From contig MQRK01238736.1 in assembly GCA_001938485.1 (NCBI GenBank), positions 101,680 through 160,983 of the forward strand: 59,304 nucleotides of DNA. Direction: 5' to 3'. The notes beneath the pieces were generated by a model. That model ran no database searches. It saw only the letters and a list, made by a program, of their open reading frames with translations, and was not told the DNA's origin. Positions 11,234 to 24,552 of this stretch are shown piece by piece. A program made the position numbers and the translations under genes. The DNA is from Girardia tigrina. Lineage: Eukaryota. The stretch's first letter is position 1, and every line of letters starts with the position of its first letter.

Positions 11234-12366
11234 TTAGGTCATTTCACATTGAATACCGGATTTTATTACAAAACCAGAATAAATATTCCACGAAAATGAA
11301 ACCCATTCAATCAATAACACATTCACCATCATTTTCCATGACACCTACCCACTTAGAAACGAGATTTATTATGTCTTGCTTATAAAAATTATGATCTATA
11401 GAGTCAAAAAACTCTTGTATACCGTTTTTTTAATCATCCCATGAACAAATTTTTTTCCTCTTAGATAATGTTGCATATAAGTGAATAAATGAAAATCAGA
11501 TGGTGCAATGTCCGGACTATAGGGTAGATGGGCCAGAATGTCCCATCCACACTCTTGGATTTTTCTGTGAGTGTTCTTTGCCACGTGCGGCCTTGCAATG
11601 TCGTGCAACAAAATCACATGTTTTATATTTGCTATTACCGGACGTTTAATAGAGATTTGTTCTTTCAAGCGTGCCAATTGAGCGCAATAAATATTTGAGG
11701 TAACTGTTTCACCAGGTTTCAGCATTTCAAAATGAATAATCCAATTAATTCTCCACCACGCGCATATCAGAACTTTTTGACCATAAATGTTAGTTTTTGT
11801 TCTGGTCATTGCTCTGAACTTTATGTTGTTTAGTAAGTTGGTATGATACCCACACACCAGCTCTACTGACTTTCCATATTTCTTTAATATGACGGAAAAA
11901 TGTCACTCGATCTATCCATGTTTTATCCGCTATCTCATCTAACGTCTGTTTCGAATCTTCTTCGACTGCAACGTGAAGAGCTTCATCATCACAGCTGATC
12001 TACGGCCTGGCTCGGGTTCATTTTTTAAGCTGAGATTACCTCTTCTAAATTTCGAGAACCATCATTGGCACTTTCTCTCTTCCAACCCTCCAGGATAAAT
12101 CTTATTAATTCTTCTTGCTGCATTCGAAGATTTTTTTCCTTTTCGATATTCATAGAGCATGCAATGTCGCAAATGCTCTTTTGGCACAATTTTTGCTGCC
12201 ATTTTTGTATCGCTTGAGATAATTATTCTGTTCTTCTAAAATATAAAAGAAGAGATGCTAAACTAACAAAAACGTATAAAACAAAAATGTGCGTCTAAAA
12301 TCAGGTGGTCTACAGCTAGTTACATTTAGTACACAAAAATCCGATATCCAATATCAAATGTCCTAA
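11234..12366 (-). mobile_element. Mariner transposon, decayed
   Basis: Imperfect ~30-bp TIRs (TTAGGTCATTTCACATTGAATACCGGATTTT) flanked by TA; transposase remnant 12202 to 11307 with LLHDIARPH and PYSPDIAPSDFHLF (DD34D). Confidence 0.93.
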
Positions 12367-13342
12367 TATCAATGAATATTTGTAATTATTGATATTGATT
12401 TTAATTTGTTTTTTTAAATAATTAAATTAAATCAATATTTTTGATTTAATTTAATCATTTATTTTTTATGATAAATTATAAAAGTGGTCACTACAATGAT
12501 GATAGACCTCGACTAAAAACACTTCTTTTATTTACTTCCATCTAACGTCTTTTGTTAGATCTTGTTGAAGTATTCCTTAAATAGCAGAACAAAAGACACT
12601 TCATTGGGGCAAAAACAACTTCCAACCTCACACAAAAGGATTAAATTAAGTTTAAACTTTTTATACCAGTTCTAGTAATACAAATTAATATTAAATTAAT
12701 CATGTTCAATATAATGTTGATAAACTTTTAATACATTTTTAAGTTTTCATTGAACTATTTATTATTCATCCATTCATTTATTTGTTTAATTTTTTTTTAT
12801 TGAGTTTAAACAAAATAGTTATCAGCTATGCTTATCTGGTTTAATATTTTTCTTAACCCAAAATATTTCCAAAATATTAATAAAAATCAAAGTTCATAAT
12901 TAAATATTATGTAAATGTAATAAATTACATGAAATAATATTCATTGAAATTTACACATTTATCGATTCTTTTATCAATGATGCGCTTTATGGCAAATTGT
13001 TTGTTTCATACATCCGAATATTTAAAGATTATCGATAAATAATATTAAATAAATAAATACAAAGAAATAAATTTGAGTAAATAGACAGGGATTCTTAATC
13101 TGTGGGGTACACATCCAAAGGGGAGCTGATAAAAGTGTCCAGTTGATGTATGAGAGCCATCTGAAATTTGATTGAGTATAAGCTTATATTTTATAAAATT
13201 TATTTTGAAGAAAATTGCGACTATATTTCTAAGAAAACAAAGAAAGAAACATTTTTTCCATGAAAATTTATTAAGATGATGCAAAAGTTTTTTCGTTTTT
13301 CTATGCCTTACATTGTAACAATTATTTTATATCAATATTCTA

Positions 13343-15161
13343 TTGGGTGTACAACTAATTAATTTCGTAATTTTTTTTGTTAAAAAAACCATTTATTTAA
13401 GTATAAAAGTGAAAAAATATTTTATTCAAAATATTGTCCATCGGAAGCGGCAACTTTTTTCCATCTATCAGGCAATTTATGGATTCCATCCCAAAAAAAT
13501 TTCTCATCTTTTGCACCGAGAAAGTCATCAAGCCATTTTTTAATACCTTCAACATTGGTGAACCGTATTCCAGAAAGGTGATTCTGCATCGACCGAAACA
13601 AGTGGTAATCAGAAGGAGCTATGTCTGGGCTATAAGGCNGGTGAGGTAGAATTTCCCATCCGGCATTTTCCAAATAATTTTTGACCGGTACTGCAACATG
13701 TGGCAGAGCATTGTCATGATGGAAAATCAATTTCTCGTGTCTGGTCGCCCATTCTGGCCGTTTTCGGCTATTGTTTACTTCAAACGTATCAATTGTTGCC
13801 TGTATAGCTCTCCCGTGATCGTCTGGCCCGATTTTAACAGCTGGTTAAAATTAACAGAGGTTAATTTTAAATTTTTATCTCACCCGAATAGTTTATTATT
13901 TTTTAATTTAAAGGGTAAAATATTTTTATATTAATTTGCTTATTAAATATTTTAAAAAATTAAAAATTATATAATAANNNNNNNNNNNNNNNNNNNNNNN
14001 NNNNNNNNNNNNNNNNNNNNNNNNNNNNNNNNNNNNNNNNNNNNNNNNNNNNNNNNNNNNNNNNNNNNNNNNNNNNNNNNNNNNNNNNNNNNNNNNNNNN
14101 NNNNNNNNNNNNNNNNNNNNNNNNNNNNNNNNNNNNNNNNNNNNNNNNNNNNNNNNNNNNNNNNNNNNNNNNNNNNNNNNNNNNNNNNNNNNNNNNNNNN
14201 NNNNNNNNNNNNNNNNNNNNNNNNNNNNNNNNNNNNNNNNNNNNNNNNNNNNNNNNNNNNNNNNNNNNNNNNNNNNNNNNNNNNNNNNNNNNNNNNNNNN
14301 NNNNNNNNNNNNNNNNNNNNNNNNNNNNNNNNNNNNNNNNNNNNNNNNNNNNNNNNNNNNNNNNNNNNNNNNNNNNNNNNNNNNNNNNNNNNNNNNNNNN
14401 NNNNNNNNNNNNNNNNNNNNNNNNNNNNNNNNNNNNNNNNNNNNNNNNNNNNNNNNNNNNNNNNNNNNNNNNNNNNNNNNNNNNNNNNNNNNNNNNNNNN
14501 NNNNNNNNNNNNNNNNNNNNNNNNNNNNNNNNNNNNNNNNNNNNNNNNNNNNNNNNNNNNNNNNNNNNNNNNNNNNNNNNNNNNNNNNNNNNNNNNNNNN
14601 NNNNNNNNNNNNNNNNNNNNNNNNNNNNNNNNNNNNNNNNNNNNNNNNNNNNNNNNNNNNNNNNNNNNNNNNNNNNNNNNNNNNNNGTTCTTCTTGAGTT
14701 TGACATGGATCTTGATCGAGTAATGCCTCCAATTCTTTGTCTTCAAACTTTTTTGATGGACCTGATCGCTCTTTGTCTTCTGTGTCAAAATCGCCACTAT
14801 TAAATCGTGCAAACCACTGCTGACATACTCTAACCTCTGGAGCATATTCAGGATAAGCTTCTGAGAGTAAACGATGTGTATCTGTTGCACTTTTCCTTAA
14901 ATTAAAGAACAAAAGCAAACCTCTCCGCAAATGCTGTTTTGTTGGAACGTAATTTGATATTTTGACTGTAATAAAAAAATTTGTGTGTTTACTAAAATTC
15001 AATAAAATTGACTATTGACTACATAAATAGATATGAGGTTAGTAACAAATTCGAAATGAGGTAACAAATATGAAATGAGGTAACAAATATGAAATGAGGT
15101 AACAAATACGAATATAAGGTTATTTTGTAACAAATACGAAAGTAATTAGTTGTACACCTAA
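13343..15161 (-). mobile_element. Mariner (Mos1-like) transposon, interrupted by an insertion and an assembly gap
   Basis: TIRs TT(G/A)GGTGTACAACTAATTA with TA flanks; N-terminal HTH region (14690-14960); C-terminal HHDNALPH...PYSPDIAPSDYHLF (13422-13730). Confidence 0.93.
15042..15112 (+). repeat. 19-bp tandem repeat GTAACAAATATGAAATGAG, about 3.7 copies
   Basis: Directly visible in the mariner subterminal region. Confidence 0.85.
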
Positions 15162-15271
15162 TATTTTGGCATAATTGATTTTTATATTATTTATTTTGGT
15201 ATTGCATGACGAATCTCCTTGTACAGTGTTGATTAATTTAATAAACGTTTGTTTATTTATTCATATCAGAT

Positions 15272-15634
15272 TATGGAGAGCGAAAAATACGGAATTCGAG
15301 TCCTTTTGCCACATTACTGGAAAAAGGGCTTCAACGCAGCTGCAGCAGCCCGTGTAATATGTGAAGTAAAAGGCCAAATTACGGTTAGTGTTCGTGTGTC
15401 CCAATTGTGGTTCAAGCGTTTTTCAAGTGATGAAATCAATTTACTTAATTGCCTCTTTCAAGCAATGGCGCATTTTCTCAAAGGGCGGCAGTTCGGTTCA
15501 GTAGAAGAGGTTGAACAAGGGGGCCGTGATTACTTTGCTTCCAAAACGACAGAGTGTTATATCCGTAAATCGAGCAACTGGCTGAAAGATGGTTGAAGAC
15601 CATCGAAAATAAAGGCCTGTATTTCGAAGAATAA
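15272..15634 (+). pseudogene. Internally deleted mariner transposase
   Basis: N-terminal HTH (YWKKGFNAAAAARVICEV...WFKRF) joined directly to the C-terminus (LFQAMAHFLKGRQF...ERWLKTIENKGLYFEE*). Confidence 0.85.
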
Positions 15635-18600
15635 ATGTGTTCTGTTTGTATGCTTCGTTATTGCAGTGCCATCATATATTTATTTATACAAATCCATTAT
15701 ATAATTATTTATTTTATTTCGAAAAATGATGATTTTTACTAATAAAATAAACGTTAATAATATTTGGTCTGTGTCTTGAAGTAGCTTTGTAGACTGTATT
15801 TAAACGAACGAATTTGTATTTTATTTATTTATTTTCTTTATTTATGTATAAAGTATGTTTTATTTTTATTTCCTGTTGATCAAATAAAACAAGTTAATTC
15901 AAGTCACAAAAAAGAAAACTATAGTTAAAGAAAATTCAAAAAAATTAATAGAAGGAACAAACAAAACAGAATAAATAATTTCTTCCACGTCAAGCTATGT
16001 AATAATTAAAAGAAAATTATTAAAATTTAAAATTTAAAATTAACGATCGAATTACAATTGCATAACAATTTTAGAACTAATTAATTCGAAAGTAAAAATT
16101 AAAAATTTCAAAAACAATATTGCTGAGAGAATAAAAATTTACTTGTCATTACAACTATCCTAATTTTTGATCCGATCACATTATCGTCAATAATCTCCAC
16201 TACCTCAGAATTTATAAACATAAAAAAAGAAAAATTTACTAATTATATCATCTCAGAAAGAAAGATTTAAATGGGAAACTATCAAATCTTTACAATTATC
16301 GTTCAACTTTCCTGAAACAAAATACAATTTGTTATCCGTTTTCATTTGAAAGACAACTTACCCAAAAAAACTAAGTAACATTTATTATTATTGTTATCAA
16401 ATTATTTTCTTTAATCTGAAAAATTTTCGTTTTATCAGTGATGGGAAGAATTTCAACTCTTCGTTTTATCCGTCTGTTAGAGTTAACATGATATATTTTT
16501 GTATCTTTATAAAATAAATAACAGTATTATTTATCCAATTTTACATTACAGTGTTGGTAAAACTCAATTAATTGATACTACTCTCATCTTTTCTAATTTC
16601 AATTGATTGAATTTTCGTAACATTTATCTTGAAAATAGGATTGGAAAAACGAAAAAACGTTTGAATCACCCTCGTATGTTCCAAACCTTTTGAAGACTAA
16701 ATACTAAAGAACAAAGGAATAGAAATTAAGAACTTTAATGATTAACATGAATAAACCGATATATTTTTTGGATTTTACTTATTAAATAATTGAATAAACT
16801 TTACATTATTTTGTTTTTAATTTGAAATTTTTTTTCTTTTGTAGAGCGAGTGATATTGATATTCCGTCGACTATTACAAGAGGTACACATGTGAAAAGGT
16901 TAGGAAATCCTGGTAAAGAGCGTTTTATACTTAAATCTAAGTTTCTTGATCGTAAATCATATCTTTATTTGGTTACTTAGTGGACCCTCTATCACGTTTT
17001 GAATTCTCTTTTGACTAGTGTTAATTTCTTTTGTCTGTCTTAGCCGAAAGATTTATACATAAAAACCTTAAGGAATTTTCATGTACAAGACAATTCACTT
17101 TCGTTTGTATTAGTTATGATAAATTAAAAATAATAAATTTCATTAAGTTTCGTATAAGTATAAATCAAAATTTAAGTATTTATTAACTAACATCAAATTA
17201 AAAATAAATGAAAATATTGTGTCAAATAAAATAAATGACATTGTAATTTGGCATGAAGAAAATATCGCAGTGGCTTTAAAAAATGAAATAATAAGTCACA
17301 TCCTATTATCAAAAATAATTCTTAACATTTTATGTAATAAACTTTCTGGTCGAAACTCCCCAAAAAACCTAAAATATTAATTTTTTTCTGGATTATTTAT
17401 ATACTGTGTCCTATAATTAGCAAATAGACACAAATCAACGACATTTTAAAATATATTTGACTTTAAATGTCTTCTAAATATCTTGTAAATGTCATGATGA
17501 GGATTAAAATTAAATTAAAAAATAATTTAAGTTAGTTAACTTGCTCTGATTGGCTAGCTAATGAACTTTAGCTGAGACTAATTTTGTCGAATATTTTGGT
17601 AAAACAAATTTTGTCGAAAAATTTTACTGAAACGAAATTTGTTGAAAATTTTTATTTAAAACAAATTTTCAATATTGTTCAAATTTTATAAGGAATATCT
17701 GTTCAAATTTTTAACGATTTAATGACAAATTTTGCAGATATTTTATATTTTGGTGACACTTTTGCAAATCAGATTTTATATAAATTTGAATTTTTCTTTT
17801 GAAAGATTTGGTTTTGTTTAATTTTTTCTATTGATTTGAATTATTTTAAAAATTAAAAATAAAAAGAAAAACTCTATCACTTGAGCCAAAAAAAATCTTA
17901 GAAATCTGAATAAACAGTTATCTAAAAATGAGACCATCACAAAGTGCACCAACTCCAAATGCGCCATGACTCTGCTACCACTGGCCAGTCTCTAGGGCAA
18001 TCTTTGGACAATATCGAACAATGATTACAAATAATTATAAATAAATTTAAAAAATAATGATAATAAATTATTTTTCTTATCAATTATTAATAATATTATC
18101 GGGAGAAAAAACTTGTTGGAAGGTTCAAAGATCATTTCCATGGTCCAGATGCAGCACGACGGTCAGTAAATGAAGACATTTATAAAGACTGAAGACTGGG
18201 AGAAATAATTGAAGGAGACACTAAGAAACTTTTAAGCCAATGTTTATCAGCTATAATTTTAGATGCTAGAGCCAAGTTACCGATATTTAGTCCTTTATTT
18301 GAAAATATTTAATTAGCTATTACACAAGGTTATTACGCAGTCGTTACTTTAATATATAAGACAACGAAATAGTGGTTAATAAAGCTTAAGGATGGTTGAA
18401 ACTCACCAAAATATATTGTTAAAATAAATATTACTTTTTTGAATATTGTTATTATTTATGAAAGTAAGAAAAAAAGTAACAAGAGAAAAGAATTTCCAGG
18501 TTTCCTCTGATATATGATAAAATCACATAATAAAATTTCTTATTCTATTGAATAAGTAATAAAATATAAATAAACGTTATATTGTATTAACACGACTGAT

Positions 18601-19575
18601 TAAATTTTCGATAGTTTACATTATAGAACATCAACTCGGGGCTATTATTACTCATTCAGTGAACGTTTTCCTAAGGGAAACATTGAAAAATATATCAACT
18701 TAATCAGCAAGCAATTATCCTTTCTCAAAAATACAATTATTGACATCGAATTTTCTAAAATTCAGAAATATAAACTTGTTTCTTCATCATAAAAGACAAA
18801 AAAGAACTAATTCACAGAAACGAAGAAAATTATGAAAGCTTTTAAAAACAGTTTTTATAAAAATTTTGTGAATAAATAATAATTTTAAAGTTAAATCAAT
18901 TTCAAAAATTCAAATTTTGACTTAAAATTTAAATTTCAACTTATTTTGCATTATTTATTTATTTAAAATTCAAATACAGAAGAAAATAATGATGCCATTT
19001 TGTGTCAATACAAGTATAAAAAAAGATTGACTGATTTGCATGAATTAAGTTCTTTAATATAAGTTTAACGCTTTTGCAAAAATTCTTTTGTTTTCAATAG
19101 TTTGTAACATTCTGATTAGGAATGAAGGTATCAAAATATATGAAGGAAGACATTTTGAAACATTTCTTTAAATATTGGAAAACAATTGAGGAATTCAATT
19201 CTATATTGTTGAGGTTTGAAAAAAACAAACATTTTGTTATAAAAAATTAAAAAAACTTAAAACTGAAAAAAATTTTAAATTAATTATTTATGAAATATAT
19301 GTAAGTGTAATCCGATTCAACAATTGAACTTGTTAAAATTGAATTTGTTAACTGGAAAACAATGGTAATAATATCAAAATTAAAGTGTGTACTAAAAACA
19401 CTTTTCCAATGCATAATTTAAAACTGAATAACTACTACAATCGAGTCCTGTAAGTGTAACAGTCCAGTTAAGGTGATATATTTTGTCCATAATATGTACT
19501 TGTGGTTCGGATAATGTGACACCCTTAAAGTAAATTTAAATGTAAAACTAACATTTATTAAAATTATATTAAAAA

Positions 19576-19701
19576 CGGTGTGCCGACATTTAAACACGCG
19601 ACAGATAATCACACGACACTTAAACACAGACATTTAAACACGCGTCAGATAAACACGGCGACATAATCACAACGACATTTAAACACACGCCAGATAAACA
19701 T
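19576..19701 (+). repeat. Degenerate ~14-15-bp tandem array (GACATTTAAACAC-like)
   Basis: About 8 related units; probably subterminal repeats of a DNA transposon end. Confidence 0.7.
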
Positions 19702-19806
19702 ATGTTAATTTTAATACTTTTATTTTAATTTTAATACTGCTTAATTTTAATATTATTTAAATATTAATTTAAGGATGAGAAGTAAACATATTGATTCACA
19801 TATAAT

Positions 19807-20633
19807 TGTTATGCCGAATTCGTGTATTCGGTAACCGATTTGCAGAATTCACGAACTCGGCAATGTTTTAAAATTTTTTTTAATTCAATTATGAAATCAA
19901 TATTAATATTTCTTATGAAAAAATATGTATCTGATATGAAAATTGTTTTATTTAATATGAAATAAATCAATTTAATTTGAAAACATATCGATTTAATACG
20001 AAAATTGTATTTAATATGAAAGAAATATCAATTTAATATGAAAAAATGCTTTTAAAATACATACTTTTGCAATTCAGCTTGCCACTAAGGAATAAGTTTT
20101 ATTAACTATGAATAAAAATTTTACATTTGGAATTTATTTTGCATAATAAATTAAGATTTTTTGATATGTAATTTATTTTTTTATATTACATTGATAATTT
20201 TTAATGATAAATTGATATTTTTGTCATATCAAATACAATATTTTTGATATTAAATTAATTTTTTTTCATATTTAATTGATAATTTTTAATATTAAATGTA
20301 ATTCGAGCAAAATAAATATCCATTTGGTTTAATCGGTGGATCGTCGAACGGGAGTTTTATTTAAAAATAAATTTGTGTCACCCATCTTAACTGTTTTGAT
20401 TTAGACAACATTAAATACATATTTTTCATATTAAGTTGATTTTTTTCATATTAAATAAATCTTTCATTTTAAATTGAGAAATTTTCATTTTAAAATGACA
20501 ATTTTTCATATAAATATTGAAATCGGCAAAATTGACTAGTTCATAAATTCGGGAATTACACTATTTCAGCAAACTGTTGCGAATTCACGAACTCGGCAAA
20601 ATATTTTACCTAATTCACGAACTCGGCATAACA
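19807..20633. mobile_element. Ginger-like MITE (TGT...ACA ends, 4-bp TSD)
   Basis: TIRs TGTTATGCCGAATTCGTG / CACGAACTCGGCATAACA; TAAT duplicated on both sides; internal ~21-bp AT-rich repeats in inverted arrangement. Confidence 0.8.
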
Positions 20634-21953
20634 TAATCATATCAAATAATTTAGTTTGTTTTTTAATTTTATTTTTCATCAAAAATATAGAAGAAAAACC
20701 CCAGCTACCATGACTAATAAAAAAGACGTCTCTGCCCGTACAGCAAAAGCTTAAAATTTTGAATCTGCTAGAATCTAACTCAGCAACAGATTGCCGACCA
20801 GTTTTGCATTGTCCGATCCACTGTGGTCAATATTAAGGAGACAATATTCAATTTGAGGCCTTGAGAAGCAGAAATATACAAAGAAAACGACAACGAATAA
20901 GTTCAAACGAAGATGTAGAGCAAGCTGTTATTGAGTGGTTCAAGTATAAAGTTTTCAGTATGGTTCGGTTAATGTGACATTAACACCACGTCCCGACAAC
21001 GTCACACTAACTGGACTCGACCGTAATACATTTAATTTAATCTCATCAATAATCCATTAAAAAAATGAACAAATTTTTCGGAAGTCAGTAAGTATATTTT
21101 TCATTGTGTTAGTATTAAGTAGAGGTTGAATTTAAAAATGTATTATAAAATTATACATTTTATTTATGTGTAATTTATTTTAGAATCCTATTTATGTAGT
21201 ATAAGTTTTTCATTACCTAAGAACGGATATTATTTTTAAATTACTTTTTATGGGAAATATTAGTCTGAAATACCATCAGCTGGGTTTAAATCTAAACATC
21301 AGGTACGAATTAAGGGCATACGTCGAATTTTCAAAGTATTTTAAAATCAATGAATAATGATGTCAACTAGTAAGTTTATTATTAGTATTAAGAACATTAA
21401 TTGAGTTTTCATTACATTTATTTGCATAACAATTCGAATTGCCATTAGAACAGTTTTCCGTAAAACTTGCGTAGCTCGTCATCGTTCTTGATTGATAATC
21501 TTTAAATAATATTCTTTAACGTCTTATTATTCGAACAAATTTAAATTACAATTTAATTACTACAAAAATAATTTATACTTTAAATTAAAAATAAATTTTA
21601 TTTATTTTAAGAAAATTATTATTAAAATATTATTTATGAAATATTAATTTAATTTTACAATTGGTTATTTAAATTTTAATAATTGATTAAATAATGCGAC
21701 GTTTTAAAATATTTAAAAAATCAATATTCCATCTGGGTGGGAGAAACACAATACTAAAATAACATACCAAACAACATACAATAAACACCATTCAAAAATA
21801 TTCCTCACAATTAGAATTATGAAAGAGACAATTTTACTTACAATTAAAAATGTTTTCAAATACACGTTAATGCTCTATGTACAACGAGACTTTAGGATGG
21901 ATGGAAGTAAAAGTTTCTCAAATGTCATTATCAGATCAAGGGTTGTTGCTATT

Positions 21954-22390
21954 TGTGCAATTTCACGAATCAGCAACTTAAAAAATTTTTTAATTCAATT
22001 ATGAAATTAATATTAATATTTAATATGAAAAAATATCGATTTAATTTGAAAAAATATCAATTTAATAAGAAAATTGTATTTAATACTAAAAAGTATCAAT
22101 TTAATATGAAAAAATATCAATTTAATTTGAAAAAATATCAATTTATTATAAAAAGTGCTTTTAAAATACAAAATGTTTGCAATTCAGTTTGTCACCAAGG
22201 AAAAAGTTTAAATAACTATGAATAAAAATTTTACATTAGGAATTTATTTTGCATAATAAATTAACATATTTTCATATGTAATTTAATTTTTCATATTAAA
22301 TTTATTTTTTTAATATTAAATATTAATATCAATTTCATAATTGAATTAAAATATTTTAAAAATTGCCGATTTCACGAATTTGGCATAACA
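21954..22390. mobile_element. Second, truncated copy of the Ginger-like MITE
   Basis: Clear similarity to 19850-20170; ends CACGAATTTGGCATAACA. Confidence 0.75.
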
Positions 22391-23259
22391 CACACACACA
22401 CACATATATATATATATTTGTGTATGTTGGGTATTTGATAAAAATTATTACTTTAACTCTCTTGAGTTTTATAGTAGCGACACTTTCTTTGGATTTAGGT
22501 TCAGAAGGTTCTTCCAACTATTTGTATAATCTAAACAGTTATTCCNNNNNNNNNNNNNNNNNNNNNTCCCTCTCTTGAAGATTGTCAACAAATTCAATCT
22601 CGAAAGAGATTCTTTAAATTTGATTTCTAAAATATTCTCACAAGAGAATTTAGCAATTAACTTCTTGTTAAAATAAATAACGAACGACCAAATCTAGAAA
22701 CCTTTATTGAATAATTCAAATCGGCGAATATACATAGTGGAAAGAATTAACAATGGAGAATCTTCGAGAATCTTTTATTAAATTTTTTTTGTGTAAGTTT
22801 TTCTCTAGAAAAATTTGTGTGCTCTAATGTGATTATGTACGGGTATTTATACCCGATTTTATATAGTAATTATATATAAATTATTTTTTTCTTTTAAATT
22901 ATATTAAAAAATTAAAAATTATTCAAATAATTTATTTAAAAAAAAATTAAATTAAAAATTTATTTTTTATAAATCATATTCCCATTTTTGGGAAATAAAG
23001 TTGAACATGACAAGTGCACAAGCACCTGTCATGTAATATTATAATTAATTTTTGTTTTTCGGTGCGATTGCACCAATTTACTCTTTTTCGGTGCGCTTGC
23101 ACCTGACATTTAACAATGATGCACTTGCACCTAATTAAAAATTTCGGTGCGCTTGCACCAATGAAATACCAATGGCAAAAATGCCATTTCAAAATTTTTT
23201 TTTAAATTATTTTTTCTTAAATGATAATTTTTGAAGGAAGTAAGTTCCTTTTTTTTTAA

Positions 23260-23391
23260 TTAAAATAATAAATAATAATAATAATTATACTTACAATTAA
23301 AATAATCATAAAAAGAATAATAATACTTTTAATAATACTAATAATAAATATATTGATAATATTAATAATAGTAAAATGAATAATAATTAGG

Positions 23392-23443
<52 letters not shown>

Positions 23444-24060
23444 TAATAATAATACTAATATTAATAATAATGATAATCATATAATAATAATGATGATAAC
23501 AATACAAATAATAAAATACTGATAATAATATCAATAATAATAATAATTTAATTATACAAATAATTAATAATAAATGATAATTATACTAATACTACTACTA
23601 ATAATAATACCAATAATACTAATGACAATAATAAAATATAATAATGATAACAAAATTAATTTTTCGATAATAATAATAAATACAAATTAAGTTGATTTTT
23701 TTAATGATAACGCCCATGACGACCTTTTCCCTCCAAATTAGGAGCACCCCCACAATGAATGGGTCCCTGAAGAAGAAGGAAAAATTCGACAAAAGGGAAA
23801 TATAATAATTATAGTAATTTATTTTAATGATAAAAATATTTATAATAATAATTAATTATAAAATGATATTAATTTTAAATAATTAAAGATAGTAATATTA
23901 ATAATAGCGATAATAATGATACTTGTTTTTTTTAAAGTCAAAATAATAATAGTATTATACAAGTAGTAATAATTAATAAAATAATATTATTAAATTTGTT
24001 TTTATGTTTTTTTTAAAAAAAGAAAAATAGTTATAATAATTTTATATAATAATTTTATAT
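23260..24060. repeat. (AAT)n-rich low-complexity tract
   Basis: Pure AAT run at ~23392-23438 within degenerate AAT sequence. Confidence 0.9.
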
Positions 24061-24428
24061 CCCTAATAACTTCCACGCGTCCCTGAGCGCTAGGTCAAAC
24101 AAATGGAAGCTAGAAAGGGATCGGACATCAAAAGGAATTTTAGTTTTATAATTATTATATATTTTTGTTTTATTTTTTACTTTTTTAGTTCTCGTAGCGC
24201 AAGGGTGAATAATTTTATACGTATGATTTTAATGTTTTTAATTTCAGGATCTCAACATATATATGTGCCAATGGTTGCTTTGCCAGAATGAGATTGATTG
24301 TATTTAGTGCATTTTTCTTAATTTTAAGGAAAAGTGAAATAAAGTTATTTTCATCCAATAATTTATTGAATAAATTTTATTTTTTTTCGGCAAGTTTCCA
24401 TATAGTGTACTTGCTTAGTACATTTTGT

Positions 24429-24469
24429 GACCTAATGATGTGATTATTATTATCTCGAAACGCGTCGTC
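24429..24469 (+). ncRNA. Minimal type I hammerhead ribozyme motif, Penelope-type, probably inactive
   Basis: GAC-CTAATGA-T-GTGAT-loop-ATCTC-GAAAC-GC-GTC-GTC; the core CTGATGA is mutated to CTAATGA; palindromic ACGCGT stem III. Confidence 0.6.
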
Positions 24470-24514
24470 TAATTTTTATCCCTATTATATAGATTTTACC
24501 TTACAATGTATATG

Positions 24515-24552
<38 letters not shown>

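Larger units (their letters stand above)
19438..21023 (+). mobile_element. pogo/Tigger-like element with nested insertions
   Basis: Imperfect TIRs CAATCGAGTCCTGTAAGTGTAAC / GTCACACTAACTGGACTCGACCG with TA flanks; CENP-B-type HTH remnant at ~20710-20950 (QQKLKILNLLES, DVEQAVIEWF). Confidence 0.7.

Noticed and set aside
13926-15002. Long ORFs of 248-358 aa (also 46406-47158 and 50769-51110)
   Set aside because: Length is an artefact of N gaps; only the flanking transposase fragments are real.
19576-19701. CRISPR-like look of short spaced repeats (also 23010-23165)
   Set aside because: Eukaryotic context, degenerate short units and no cas genes; better explained as transposon subterminal repeats.
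23256-23534. Ile-rich 92-aa ORF (also the YI-repeat ORF 1129-1461)
   Set aside because: Translations of AAT and TA microsatellites.
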